DNA of 64,000 nt from Dehalococcoidia bacterium. GTDB lineage: Bacteria; Chloroflexota; Dehalococcoidia; Plut-88900. The position numbers and the translations under genes are program-made. The stretch is taken from positions 1,984,001 to 2,048,000 of the forward strand of contig OZ240215.1 of the NCBI GenBank assembly GCA_965197585.1, given 5' to 3'. A model generated the notes under the pieces. The model saw nothing but the letters and a program-made list of their open reading frames with translations. It searched no databases and was not told the origin of the DNA. How positions within the stretch are numbered: the first letter of the stretch is position 1; each line of letters begins with the position of its first letter. This document shows positions 17,927-28,531 of this stretch, in pieces.

Positions 17927-19147
17927 TCAGCCTTCGACGGTAATTACGCCTTCGGCGATGAGGTCTCCGATTTGTTCGTCGGTCATGCCGAGGATCTCCT
18001 TGTAGACGTATTCGTTGTGCTGGCCGAGTGTCGGGGCGGCGGCGAGGGTGCCCGGAGTGCGGGAGAGATCGAAAGAGAAGCCGTCGTACGCGTGACGCCC
18101 GATAACCTGATGGTCGAGATAATGGAAGAAGCCTCGGTGCTTGACCTGGAGATCGTTGAACTGGCCCTCGGCGCTCAGTACCACGCCGGCGGGGACGCCC
18201 GCGGATTGCAGAGTTTCCATGACATCTTGGGCATCACGTTCTCGGGTCCATTCACCAATGAGGCGGTCGAGATCGTCTTCGTTGGCCTTTCTCGCTTCCA
18301 GGGTCGCGAAGCGGAGGTCGCGGACGATGTCGGGCCTGTTCAAGACCATGCAGAGGCTGGTCCATTCTTCGTCGGTGAAGACGGCGATGGCGCACCAGGA
18401 GTCGCTGCCGAGGCAGGGGTAGGCGTTGTGGGGGGCGGCTCTCGGGTCCCGGTTGCCGTCACGAATCATCTCGTGATCGTTCAGCACGTAGTCCATCTGC
18501 ACGGGGGCGATCAGCTGCAGGCCGCACTCCAACTGTGACAGATCCAGGTGTTGGCCCACGCCTGTCTTTCGTCGGTGGTCCAGCGCGGCTACCAAGGCTG
18601 CGGACCCGAAGAAAGGCGATATGAAGTCCGTGTAAGCGCCGTAGGGCGTTGCGGGGTCGCGATCGGGCCAACCCGTGAGATGGGCGTATCCGGAGAGACT
18701 GGCCATCATCATGCCGAAGCCGATGAAACCACTGTGGGGTCCGCCGTGGCCCTGCTGGCTGGCGCTATAGTAGATTATGTCGGGCTTGAGCTTGCGGATG
18801 GTCTCATAGTCGAGCCCCCACTTGGCCATGGCCCTGGGGCTGAAGGACTCGGCGACGACGTCGGCCCATAGGATCAGCTTCCTGGCAATCTCGACGCCTT
18901 TGGGTTTGTTGACGTCCAGGCTGACACCGTACTTGCTCGTGTTGTAGTCGGCCATGAAGGCGCTGTTGTTAACCCCCGCCACCCCATCCTTGAATGGGGG
19001 TGTCATGCGCAGGGTATCGAGGTGGGTGTGGGACTCGATGTGGACGACGGTGGCGCCGTGGTCGGCGAGGTTCTTGACGGTTATGGGCCCAACGCCCACC
19101 CACGTGAAGTCGGCGACTTTAATCCCTTCAAATATCTGTTCAGGCAA
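17927..19147 (-). CDS. CaiB/BaiF CoA-transferase, BbsF-like catalytic subunit
   Basis: KVADFTWVGVGP; PYGAYTDF with catalytic Asp; GQHLDLSQLE. Confidence 0.85.
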   Translation of the reverse strand: MPEQIFEGIKVADFTWVGVGPITVKNLADHGATVVHIESHTHLDTLRMTPPFKDGVAGVNNSAFMADYNTSKYGVSLDVNKPKGVEIARKLILWADVVAESFSPRAMAKWGLDYETIRKLKPDIIYYSASQQGHGGPHSGFIGFGMMMASLSGYAHLTGWPDRDPATPYGAYTDFISPFFGSAALVAALDHRRKTGVGQHLDLSQLECGLQLIAPVQMDYVLNDHEMIRDGNRDPRAAPHNAYPCLGSDSWCAIAVFTDEEWTSLCMVLNRPDIVRDLRFATLEARKANEDDLDRLIGEWTRERDAQDVMETLQSAGVPAGVVLSAEGQFNDLQVKHRGFFHYLDHQVIGRHAYDGFSFDLSRTPGTLAAAPTLGQHNEYVYKEILGMTDEQIGDLIAEGVITVEG

Positions 19148-19159
19148 ACCGTTCGCTCC

Positions 19160-20416
19160 TCAGATAACTCCGGCGTTCTTAAGGCGGGCCAAGTCCCGCG
19201 GTTTCAGGCCCAGTTCGCCGGCATAGATATCCTCGTTGTGCTCCCCGACGTGCGGGGCCCGGCGGGGCGGGGGGACGGGGTTCTCCGACTGTCGAATAGG
19301 CCATCCCGGATAGATAACGGTCTCCCCGATCTCCGGGTCAAAGACCTTTTGCCAGAAGCTGCGGGCCTCCAGCTGCCGGTTGACCATCTGGGTAGCCGGT
19401 GTGCCGATTGGGGCTATCCAAACGCGTCGGGCCACGGCGCCTTCGTAGAGCTCTTCCATGGTGTGAGCTTCGAAGAAGGCGCCGATGCTTTTTTCGAGCA
19501 ATTCGCGGGTCTCGGGGTCGGTGGGGACAAAGCCGAGGCTGGCCCAATCGAAGTCCTTGAGGTCGAGGCCCAGGCCTTCGCTGTTCATCCACTCGGTGAG
19601 GATCTGGTTGACCCGGACCCCGGGGCCCGAGCCAACGATGAGGAAGTTGACGTAGCCATCCTTGCACGGCCACGTGTATCGGACAGGAACGTCCATCGCT
19701 TTGCCGTCCCTGACCATGGAGAAGGTCTTGACGGCCCCACCCCTGAGGGTGTTCATGCGGGACAGGTCCCAGGTAATGGTGACGTTCATCTGGGTCCAGA
19801 TAATCGATAGCTGCATTGAGGCGTCAACGTGCTGGCCCTTGCCGGTGGTCTCACGATAATAGTAGGCGTTCATAGTCCCGACAGCGGCCTGAAGGGCTGC
19901 ATGGCTCCACGCCTGAGGGTAACTAACCCGCACCGGGGGGCGATCATCGTCGCCGCTGATGTACATGATGCCGCCCATAGCCATGCCGATGAGGTCGGTG
20001 GCCTTGTACCGAGCGTAGGGGCCGGTTTGGCCGAAGGGAGTGATGGAGGTCATGACGAGGCCGGGGTTCTGCCTATTCAAGTCCCGGTACCCGAGACCCA
20101 AATCATCCATATAACCGGGGGTAAAGGACTCGATGACGATGTCGGCCTTTTCGGCGAGGCGGAGAAAGAGTGCTCGGCCCTCGAGGCTTTCGATGTTGAG
20201 GGTTATGCCCCTTTTGTTGGTGTTGAAGGACCACCAGTAGAGGCTTTTATCGGGGTCTGGGGTGTTTTGGTAGAAGGGGCCCTGGAGTCGGCCCGGGTCT
20301 CCGCCCGGCTCCTCGATCTTGAGAACGTCACAACCGAGGTCGGCGAGGACTTTTCCACAGAGGAAGCCGTTTTCACGGGTGAGGTCCAGGACTCTGAGGG
20401 GACCGAGAAGGTTCAA
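19160..20416 (-). CDS. CaiB/BaiF CoA-transferase, BbsE-like subunit
   Basis: LRVLDLT..G..CGKVLADLG, SLYWWSFNTNKRGITL; TTG start at 20416 inferred from SD. Confidence 0.85.
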   Translation of the reverse strand: MNLLGPLRVLDLTRENGFLCGKVLADLGCDVLKIEEPGGDPGRLQGPFYQNTPDPDKSLYWWSFNTNKRGITLNIESLEGRALFLRLAEKADIVIESFTPGYMDDLGLGYRDLNRQNPGLVMTSITPFGQTGPYARYKATDLIGMAMGGIMYISGDDDRPPVRVSYPQAWSHAALQAAVGTMNAYYYRETTGKGQHVDASMQLSIIWTQMNVTITWDLSRMNTLRGGAVKTFSMVRDGKAMDVPVRYTWPCKDGYVNFLIVGSGPGVRVNQILTEWMNSEGLGLDLKDFDWASLGFVPTDPETRELLEKSIGAFFEAHTMEELYEGAVARRVWIAPIGTPATQMVNRQLEARSFWQKVFDPEIGETVIYPGWPIRQSENPVPPPRRAPHVGEHNEDIYAGELGLKPRDLARLKNAGVI

Positions 20417-20682
20417 GCCGGAAGTCTCCCGTGTAGTGATTACGGCAGGGCTAGTCGTTGATGGGGAAACCCTAAACGCGGGGTGTCGGGTTGTCAACGG
20501 CGCGTATTATTTCGCTATCGTTTATGTGGAATGCCGAAACAATGGACGGAAGACCCACGACGCCCAGTGAAGTACGAGCACAGCCGTGCAGAACGCCCAC
20601 CCTCGATACTCGCTTAAATGTATAATCGCCCCACCCCGTCCGTAAGCACCGACAGCCTTTCAAACAAGGAGGCACACCCGAC

Positions 20683-21099
20683 ATGGATAACGTAAAGCGG
20701 ATTGTAGCCCTCTACCTCGCCCTAACTGCCCTGGCGGTCTTCTTCAACCTCATCCTCACCCCCGTATACCATGACGGCTCCCCCGACTACCCAGTATGGG
20801 AGATCATCAACTACTTCATGGCCGCCGGCACCCTCTTTGCCCTTGCCGCGAGCTACCTGCGAAGACGCGCTGCGGGAAACTCGGGCGCCAGTACCGCCGA
20901 GTCAATATGGGCCAACGTCTTCTGCTACGCGGCCATAGCGCTTGCTATGCTTTTCTTCTGGCAGTATCTCTGGCTCCAATTCCCCGACAGCGAGACAGGC
21001 GACGCTGTCACATCCCACGTCATCTACTTCCCGATAGTCGACGTTCTCTACACCATCGTCACCCTTGATGCGGCTCGCTGGCTGTGGAGGAGGGGGTAG
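20683..21099 (+). CDS. Small integral membrane protein (about 4 TM helices)
   Basis: Four hydrophobic stretches; SD AAGGAGG; upstream TATAAT. Confidence 0.7.
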   Translation: MDNVKRIVALYLALTALAVFFNLILTPVYHDGSPDYPVWEIINYFMAAGTLFALAASYLRRRAAGNSGASTAESIWANVFCYAAIALAMLFFWQYLWLQFPDSETGDAVTSHVIYFPIVDVLYTIVTLDAARWLWRRG

Positions 21100-21219
21100 A
21101 GACATAGCTGCCTATGGTGGGACAACAATACCCACTTCATACGCACACGTAAATAGTTCAGAATAGCCCCAAATCATACAGCCGAGCTAGTGTCTGCTAA
21201 CCCCATGCTATACTCGGCT

Positions 21220-22452
21220 ATGGATACCACCCAGCCCCCACCTCCCGGCCCTGCGTTTCGGCAGCGCTGCGCCGCCTCCCTTACCCATCCCATCACCCTG
21301 TTCGCCGTTCTTGTTCTCCTCCTAAACGACCTCGTTTTCAAAACTCTGCTTTGCCACCGATGGAGGTCCGATACTAGGAATATCCGCGTTTACCCACGTT
21401 CGGTTCTTCTCTCAGTTGGAATTGTTTCCCTCGTTGCTGTGCTCGCGTGTAGTGACCCATTTTATCGAGGGATTACCTCTAACGTTGTCGATGTGGATGG
21501 CCGACTGATTTCTATTGCGGAATCAATTGGGCATTCATCGGGAGCCTCTGAAATTCCCTCCCTACCTGTGCAAGTGAGTATCGAGCATCACGAAAGCATG
21601 TACGTGAGTACGGATGGAGGATGGAATTGGCATTACACCGACGCACGGACTTACTCACCCGTTTTGGCAAGTGCACAATCAGCCGAGACCCCACGTGGTA
21701 CGTATACTATCCATGGATCGGACCTTGTCCTAACGACAGACTACGGATCTCCGATGGTGGTCTACTCTACCGATGAATGGGGCCACGATGCCCAGCTTTG
21801 GGTGCAGAGCAATAGTTTGGACCCATATTCCTATTCATTCGCCACAGAACCGCACAGCGTAATTCATCACGAACAAAGCGGTAACATTATCATGACCGTG
21901 GGAGTCCGGGGAGTGATCGTTGGAACTTCGGACGGGGAGTGGACCCCCGTGGAGATCGGGCCTTACAAGTTGGCTGACTTCTCTCCTCTAGCCAAGTCCT
22001 TTGTCCTCCTCAGCGATCTTGTATTTTTGCTATCTACGGCTGTCCTAGCAGTGTGTTTTTCAATGTTAGCCTTTGTACTGTCCAAGTCTAAGAACTACAC
22101 ACCGGGAGCAGTCTTCGCAACAATTGTTACGGGCATAAGCATTTTGCCTCTAAGTCTCTTCGGGATCGTTAGCGTTGAAGACCGGGATAACAATGAGGTC
22201 ATCCAGCGATTTACAATAATCTTTCTTGTCGTCTCTTTCATCTGCGCTCTAGTAGTAGTTCCAACATTATTAGCGAATATTAGACGTTGGCGCCAATTGG
22301 TGGTTATCCTGCTATTCATGACGCATGTTGTTATTGTGATATTCATTGTATGGATCCAGGTGGGATTTCCATTGCCTATTGCGAAAGCTTTGGCGATAGG
22401 GCTCGTGGCATTGATGGCTATTGAACGCGCTAGAGCCCTAAGGAGAAGCTAA
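21220..22452 (+). CDS. Hypothetical membrane protein with an extracellular beta-rich domain
   Basis: Long ORF with N- and C-terminal TM segments and a BNR-like YVSTDGGWNW motif; visibly AT-richer than its flanks. Confidence 0.6.
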   Translation: MDTTQPPPPGPAFRQRCAASLTHPITLFAVLVLLLNDLVFKTLLCHRWRSDTRNIRVYPRSVLLSVGIVSLVAVLACSDPFYRGITSNVVDVDGRLISIAESIGHSSGASEIPSLPVQVSIEHHESMYVSTDGGWNWHYTDARTYSPVLASAQSAETPRGTYTIHGSDLVLTTDYGSPMVVYSTDEWGHDAQLWVQSNSLDPYSYSFATEPHSVIHHEQSGNIIMTVGVRGVIVGTSDGEWTPVEIGPYKLADFSPLAKSFVLLSDLVFLLSTAVLAVCFSMLAFVLSKSKNYTPGAVFATIVTGISILPLSLFGIVSVEDRDNNEVIQRFTIIFLVVSFICALVVVPTLLANIRRWRQLVVILLFMTHVVIVIFIVWIQVGFPLPIAKALAIGLVALMAIERARALRRS

Positions 22453-22587
22453 GCAGCTTTGCTGATTCTACTAAAGCCAGACAGGGTTCAGACTTGCAGT
22501 GGCTACTCTTCATCTATGCCCCCATCGTGTATCATATGCCCCTTGTCCTAACGCGTAGAAAATCCACCCTCCCAGGAGTAACCCCCA

Positions 22588-24381
22588 GTGCCTGCCGACA
22601 TTACAGACCCCAGTGGCATCGAATACGCCTTAGAGTCCAAGAAGGGCCCCTCTGAAGAAAACGCCCTCGTCCTGCGCCGCGAGAGCATCCGGCACTCCGC
22701 CTCCCACATCATGGCCGAGGCCGTACGCTCCATCTTCCCCGAGGCCAAGTTCGCCATCGGGCCTCCAACCGAGGACGGCTTCTACTACGACTTCCAGCTC
22801 CCCCGAGCCCTCACGGATGACGACCTCCCCGCCATCGAGAAAAAGATGGCCGAGACCGTCGCCGCAGATCTCCCATTTCGACGCACCCAGGTATCCCGCC
22901 CCGAGGCTGGGGACATGTTCCGAGACCAGCCTTTTAAGCTAGAGATCATCAACGCCATTAAGGACGACACCCTGGGCATCTACACTCACGGCCCCTTCTC
23001 TGATCTCTGCAACGGCCCCCATGTCGAGACCACGAGCGGGGTGCCCGCGTTCAAGCTGCTCAGCGTCGCCGGGGCTTATTGGCGCGGCGACGAGAACCGA
23101 CCCATGCTACAGCGCATCTACGGCACCGCCTTCGAATCTCAAGACGCCCTGGACTTATACCTGAAAAGGTTGGAAGAGGCGGCCAAGCGCGACCATCGGA
23201 AGCTGGGCCGAGACCTGGGGCTCTTCTCCGTCCACAACGAGCTAGGCGCGGGCCTGATCTGCTGGCACCCGAAAGGGGCCCGGGTGCGGAGCCTCGTGGA
23301 GGACTTCTGGCGGCAGCTTCACCTGGACTCGGGCTACTCGCTGGTCTACTCGCCGCATATCGGAAAGAGCAAGCTGTGGGAGACCAGCGGCCACCTGCAA
23401 TTCTACAGCGAAAACATGTACGCCCCCGTGGAAATCGACGAGCAGGACTACTACCTGAAGCCGATGAATTGCCCCTTCCACATCCTCATGTACCGCTCCT
23501 CGCTCCGCAGCTACCGGGAGTTGCCCATGCGCCTGGCGGAGCTGGGAACCGTCTACCGATACGAAAGGACGGGTGTCCTCCACGGTCTGCTCCGCGTCCG
23601 AGGCTTCACCCAGGACGACGCCCATATCTTCTGCCGCCCCGACCAGCTGGAAGACGAGGTCCGCGGCGTTCTTGATCTCACTTTCCGGCTTCTCGGGGCA
23701 TTCGGATTCAGCGACTACAAGATCTTCCTCTCCGACCGCCCCGAAAAGTATGTCGGTGAGCAATCCGAGTGGGACACTGCCACCTCCGCACTTCGCAACA
23801 CCCTCGAGGACATGGGCATCAACTACCAGGTCGACAGCGGAGGCGGGGCATTCTATGGCCCCAAGATCGACGTCAAGATCGAAGACGCCATTGGTCGAGA
23901 GTGGCAATGCACCACCGTCCAGTTTGACTTCAACCTCCCCCGCCGCTTCGAGCTGTCTTATATAGCCGAAGATGGCCGGGAGCACAGGCCCTACATGGTC
24001 CACCGGGCCATCCTCGGGTCCATGGAGCGATTCATGGGCATACTCATAGAGCACTATGGAGGTGCGTTCCCCGTGTGGCTGGCCCCGACCCAAGCCTCGC
24101 TAGTCCCGATTACCGACCGCCATGTCGAATACGCCCGGTCAGCCGCTGCCCAAATGTCTGCCGCCGGCCTCCGAGTCGAAGTTGACGACCGGGGCGAACG
24201 CATGAACCGCAAGATCCGGGACGCACAGCTGAACAAGGTCCCGTACATGCTTATAGTCGGCGACAAAGAAGTCTCCGCGGAGACCCTGTCCGTCCGCAAA
24301 CGCAACGGCGAGAACTTGGGCCCGCAGCCCCTCGCCTCCGTGATAGATATGCTCCAGGAGGACATTGCCTCCAAGACTTAG
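22588..24381 (+). CDS. thrS: Threonine--tRNA ligase
   Basis: RHSASH, DLCNGPHV, RDHRKLG, KPMNCP, RVRGFTQDDAH, GAFYGPKID. Confidence 0.98.
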   Translation: MPADITDPSGIEYALESKKGPSEENALVLRRESIRHSASHIMAEAVRSIFPEAKFAIGPPTEDGFYYDFQLPRALTDDDLPAIEKKMAETVAADLPFRRTQVSRPEAGDMFRDQPFKLEIINAIKDDTLGIYTHGPFSDLCNGPHVETTSGVPAFKLLSVAGAYWRGDENRPMLQRIYGTAFESQDALDLYLKRLEEAAKRDHRKLGRDLGLFSVHNELGAGLICWHPKGARVRSLVEDFWRQLHLDSGYSLVYSPHIGKSKLWETSGHLQFYSENMYAPVEIDEQDYYLKPMNCPFHILMYRSSLRSYRELPMRLAELGTVYRYERTGVLHGLLRVRGFTQDDAHIFCRPDQLEDEVRGVLDLTFRLLGAFGFSDYKIFLSDRPEKYVGEQSEWDTATSALRNTLEDMGINYQVDSGGGAFYGPKIDVKIEDAIGREWQCTTVQFDFNLPRRFELSYIAEDGREHRPYMVHRAILGSMERFMGILIEHYGGAFPVWLAPTQASLVPITDRHVEYARSAAAQMSAAGLRVEVDDRGERMNRKIRDAQLNKVPYMLIVGDKEVSAETLSVRKRNGENLGPQPLASVIDMLQEDIASKT

Positions 24382-24434
24382 CCATCACCTTATCCTTGAA
24401 CCGCCCCAACCTTCGTGCTAAGCTACCGACTCGT

Positions 24435-24511
<77 letters not shown>

Positions 24512-24641
24512 TTTTCTCTCCCCCAACTCTTTCCCCGCCCTTTATCAAGGGCCTGCATTGGTGTCACGACCCATTGGCGAATGTCCCAATTTGCTCGTCT
24601 GCTATAATCGGTTCACGGCTGTATTCGACGGGAGTGTGAAC

Positions 24642-25850
24642 ATGGGAACGGCATTGGACGGCGTTCGGGTTATAGATCTCACCCAGTTCGAGGCTGGCAC
24701 CACCTGCACCCAGGCCCTCGCCTGGCTTGGCGCCGACGTTATAAAGGTCGAGGCGCCCGGCCGCGGCGATCCGGGCCGTAAGGTGCGCCAGGACGGCACG
24801 GGCTTCGATAGCTACTATTTCATGACCTTAAACGCCAACAAGAAGAGCATCACCCTCGACCTGAAATCCGAGGAGGGCAAGCTCATCTTCTTCGATCTGG
24901 TCAGGAAGGGCGACATCGTCGCCGAGAACATGGGTCCCGGCACCCTCGAGCGCCTAGGTCTGGGCTACGACGTGCTTTCCAAGATCAACCCCCGCATCAT
25001 CGTGGCCCGGGTCAAGGGGTTCGGAACCTACGGCCCTTATAGCAACTACAAGAGCTTCGACATGATAGCCCTCACCACCGGCGGCGCTGTTGCCATGACC
25101 GGCGAACCGGGCGGTCCGCCTCTGCTGCCCGGCATTACGGCCGGCGACATCGGGACTGGCTACCACACCGCCCTCGGCATCATGGCCGCACTCTGGCAGC
25201 GAGAGAAGACGGGTAAGGGACAAGAAGTCGAAGTGTCCATGCAGGACGCGGTGGTGAACTTCACCCGAGTCACCATGCACGGCTACTACTACGATAAGAA
25301 GGCCCCCGACCGCCGAGGCCGCGCCTCCCCCGGTTCCGCTCCTGCCGACCTATACAAGTGCAAGCCCGGCGGCAAGGATGACTACGTGTACCTGTTCGTC
25401 AACGGCATAGTCGGGTTGAAGGTCTGGGACCAATTCCTTCGGTTAATCGAACGCGAAGACTTGATCGGTGACCCACGCTTCTCCACCAACGACGACCGTA
25501 TAGCCAACAAGGATGAGCTCGCCCGCATCATAGAGGATTGGTCCGCCGACCACGACAAGCATGAGGTAATGAAGCTCATGGGCGAAATCGGCGTCACCGC
25601 CGGCGCTCTCCTCAACGCCGTGGACATCCACACCGACCAACACCTCCTCGAGCGCGAGATGATCGTCACTGTCGATCATCCCCAGCGCGGCGAATTTACC
25701 TTCCCGGGCAACCCCATCAAGCTGTCCGACTCCCCCACCAGCGTCGAGCCCTCGCCTCTGCTCGGGCAGCACACCGAACAGGTGCTGTCCGAAGTCCTGG
25801 GATACGACGGGGAGCGCATCGGCAAGCTGCGGGAAGCGGGCGTGGTTTAA
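24642..25850 (+). CDS. Formyl-CoA transferase-like CaiB/BaiF CoA-transferase
   Basis: ALDGVRVIDLTQFEAGTTCTQALAWLGADVIKVE, GDIGTG, VSMQDAV; ATG at 24642 (the longer ORF runs through the tRNA). Confidence 0.9.
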   Translation: MGTALDGVRVIDLTQFEAGTTCTQALAWLGADVIKVEAPGRGDPGRKVRQDGTGFDSYYFMTLNANKKSITLDLKSEEGKLIFFDLVRKGDIVAENMGPGTLERLGLGYDVLSKINPRIIVARVKGFGTYGPYSNYKSFDMIALTTGGAVAMTGEPGGPPLLPGITAGDIGTGYHTALGIMAALWQREKTGKGQEVEVSMQDAVVNFTRVTMHGYYYDKKAPDRRGRASPGSAPADLYKCKPGGKDDYVYLFVNGIVGLKVWDQFLRLIEREDLIGDPRFSTNDDRIANKDELARIIEDWSADHDKHEVMKLMGEIGVTAGALLNAVDIHTDQHLLEREMIVTVDHPQRGEFTFPGNPIKLSDSPTSVEPSPLLGQHTEQVLSEVLGYDGERIGKLREAGVV

Positions 25851-25900
25851 GGCCCTTGGCTTGGTCTACGCCCCGTTCTCCGAGCTAAGGTAAACGCTGC

Positions 25901-26506
25901 GTGCCATTCTTCCGACGTAAAAAAGAGCCAAAGGAGCCGAAGTCCCTCCAGCAGATGATCGAGGAGAGGGAGACCCGAGAGGGCAAGACCCGGCCTCTTC
26001 CCTTCATACCCCTTTACATCATCGGCGGGCTAACCGTATTCATCATTTTTATCTCCTCATGCGGGTTGGCGGTATTCTTCTTCGTCGGCCCCGACCTCGG
26101 GGAGGAGCCTCTCCCCACCGCCGTGGCCGTCATCCCGGAGGAATTCCTTATCCGCGGTATCGCTTTCGCCGAAGAGGGACAGTTTGATTTGGCTATCCGG
26201 GACTTCACGGAGGCCATACACATGCGGCCCGACTACTCCTCCGCCTTCTACAACCGGGGCCTTACCTACACCAGGCTGGAACAATATGAGGATGGAATCC
26301 GGGACTACACCACTGCCATATCCATCGTACCGGAGCACCAGGGCGCCCACGTCTGGCGTGCCATGTCCTACACACTGCTCGGCCGGGATTCCGAGGCGGA
26401 AGTCGACGTGGCACGTGCCATTGAACTAGGCGTAGACCCCGACGAGCTCCGAGCCAGAATTGAAGGCGCCAAACTGTCCCGTGACACCGCCACCGCTACC
26501 CCCTAG
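25901..26506 (+). CDS. Membrane-anchored TPR protein
   Basis: One TM helix followed by TPR consensus (AIRDFTEAI..RPDY..AFYNRG). Confidence 0.85.
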   Translation: MPFFRRKKEPKEPKSLQQMIEERETREGKTRPLPFIPLYIIGGLTVFIIFISSCGLAVFFFVGPDLGEEPLPTAVAVIPEEFLIRGIAFAEEGQFDLAIRDFTEAIHMRPDYSSAFYNRGLTYTRLEQYEDGIRDYTTAISIVPEHQGAHVWRAMSYTLLGRDSEAEVDVARAIELGVDPDELRARIEGAKLSRDTATATP

Positions 26507-26555
26507 CTCACCCCACCATTACCTGTTGGGGCAGGTCTTGCGCTTACCGTGTTTC

Positions 26556-27368
26556 CTACCTCCCCCGATCAACCCACACCTGATACACTCTGTTCCTCCC
26601 CACCCCATACTCCCCGGACACCCTATCGACCGCCTCCCTTCCTGATACATCTTCCGACTCAAGACGCTCGAACGCCGAGCGCAACTCCGCGTCGCTGACA
26701 TCGGTGTCCGGCTGGGGTTTGGGCCCTATAACCAGCGTGAATTCGCCGCGGGGGTTGGTGAAGTGCGCCCGTGCCTCGGAGGCAGATCCCCGGAACACCT
26801 CTTCGTGCAGCTTGGTAAGCTCTCGGCACACGGCGATCTCTACGTCGGGGGCTACCGCGGCGATGTCATCCAGCGCAGCTTGAATCCGGTGGGGAGTCTC
26901 AAAGGCAACGGTGGTGCGCCCATCGTCGATCACTGATGACAGGAGTTTCCTCCGCTCCGAACTTTTCCTCGGCAGAAACCCGACAAACGTGAATTGGGAG
27001 GTCGGAAGCCCCGAAGCTACCAGTGCGGAGATGACCGCTGTGGCTCCTGGAATCGGGACCACGGGCACCGAGTTCGTTATTGCAGCCGCGATCAGGTCGT
27101 GGCCCGGATCGTTGATGTTAGGCATCCCCGCATCTGAGACCAGTGCAAGGTCATCGCCCATCATGTGCTCCACCAGCCTCGACAGCTTGGCCTCGCCGCT
27201 GTGGTCGTGGAAGCTAGTGACTTTTGTCTTTATCCCGTGTCTTTCGAGAAGTCGCCTGGTCTTTCGGGTGTCCTCCGCTGCGATGAGTGGGACCTCACGC
27301 AGGACGCGCAGGGCCCTCAGCGTGATGTCCTCCATGTTACCTATGGGCGTCGCGACTACGTAGAGCAA
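26556..27368 (-). CDS. rsmI: 16S rRNA (cytidine1402-2'-O)-methyltransferase
   Basis: LYVVATPIGNMEDITLRAL, AAEDTR, LVSDAGMP.INDPG, RELTKLHEE. Confidence 0.95.
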   Translation of the reverse strand: MLYVVATPIGNMEDITLRALRVLREVPLIAAEDTRKTRRLLERHGIKTKVTSFHDHSGEAKLSRLVEHMMGDDLALVSDAGMPNINDPGHDLIAAAITNSVPVVPIPGATAVISALVASGLPTSQFTFVGFLPRKSSERRKLLSSVIDDGRTTVAFETPHRIQAALDDIAAVAPDVEIAVCRELTKLHEEVFRGSASEARAHFTNPRGEFTLVIGPKPQPDTDVSDAELRSAFERLESEDVSGREAVDRVSGEYGVGRNRVYQVWVDRGR

Positions 27369-27719
27369 CCTATCTCAACCTGCTAGAGCGGACACATCGG
27401 AATTCGGTCAATAGTAGCATCCCCTCAGTGGCAGGTCTTTGTAAAGGCTTTCATGGCGCTCGTCGATGGCCCGGCTTGCGCGTACACAACGCGTTCAATA
27501 CACTACGCAGTCCACGCGCTATTTTCGTGTGAGGGTCCTTCTTGGTCAGGGAGACGGAAAATTGATCAATCCCGATTCTTACGACCCGTCAGCAATGACT
27601 CACAGCGATTTCCTCGAAATAGCCGACGACGGCCTCAGGGTCTACGACTGCGTGAATGACGACGAGCTACGCCGGATGCAGGAATTCTCTGTGAGCGCCT
27701 TGTCTCAGTAGGTACGAAT

Positions 27720-28526
27720 ATGGCAAGCGACCAAGTTAAAGAGCGGATAGCGGTTTCGAAGGCGGAGTCTGCGCGGCTGGGGCAACGGCTGAGAAGTCTG
27801 TCGGCAGATGACCTAAACCGGCCCAGCGCCTGCGACAGGTGGGCGGTCGGGGACGTGGTCGCGCACCTGGTTTTCGTGGTGCAGTTCCAGAAGAACATGA
27901 TTGTGCGGGGAATGCAGGGCGACGACAGCGCGCCTGAAGGGGCTCGGAGGCCGGGGGCCGCGGACGTGCCCACGGAAGTGAGGATAGCCCAGGGCGCCAT
28001 AAGGCTGCGAGAGAAGCTCGGGGAGGGGCTGCTGGACGCTTTCGACGAGAAGTACCAGGATTGCTTTGCGCTTGTCGACTCCCTAAACCCCTACGACTAC
28101 GCCAAGCCGTGCTGGCACCCCTGGGGACCCATGAACGTGGCCGATTTCGTGGACCTGGTGGTCAACGAGCTTGCCATCCACGCCTGGGATGCACTATCTC
28201 CCGTGGACTCCGACTACCATATGTCGCAGGAGTCGTTGCCAGCGGCGCTGGCTATCGGAAGCATGACGCTGGCCCGCATGGCCGCGACCGGACCTGCGCG
28301 GTTCAGGTTTGACGTGACGGAGGGCCATGAGATGCCTGACCTGGTTGTCGGTGGAGACGCAGCCCCAGAGACCCCCAGTGCAACGCTAAGCTGCGACGGC
28401 GAGGCGTTGGTGCTGATGTCCTGCGGGCGATTGGGCTTGGAGGACGCTCTGTCCTCCGGTCGGCTGAGCGTGTCGGGGGATGAGGGGTTGGCTCGGGAGT
28501 TGGGTCGGGGGTTTACGGGGTTGTAG
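27720..28526 (+). CDS. Maleylpyruvate isomerase/DinB-like (MDMPI_N) protein with an SCP2-like C-terminus
   Basis: PSACDRWAVGDVVAHL...ELAIHAWD metal motif. Confidence 0.8.
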   Translation: MASDQVKERIAVSKAESARLGQRLRSLSADDLNRPSACDRWAVGDVVAHLVFVVQFQKNMIVRGMQGDDSAPEGARRPGAADVPTEVRIAQGAIRLREKLGEGLLDAFDEKYQDCFALVDSLNPYDYAKPCWHPWGPMNVADFVDLVVNELAIHAWDALSPVDSDYHMSQESLPAALAIGSMTLARMAATGPARFRFDVTEGHEMPDLVVGGDAAPETPSATLSCDGEALVLMSCGRLGLEDALSSGRLSVSGDEGLARELGRGFTGL

Positions 28527-28531
28527 GGGAC

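Noticed and set aside
27466-27711. Small ORF between rsmI and the MDMPI gene
   Set aside because: No recognisable motif and an uncertain start; may be a remnant
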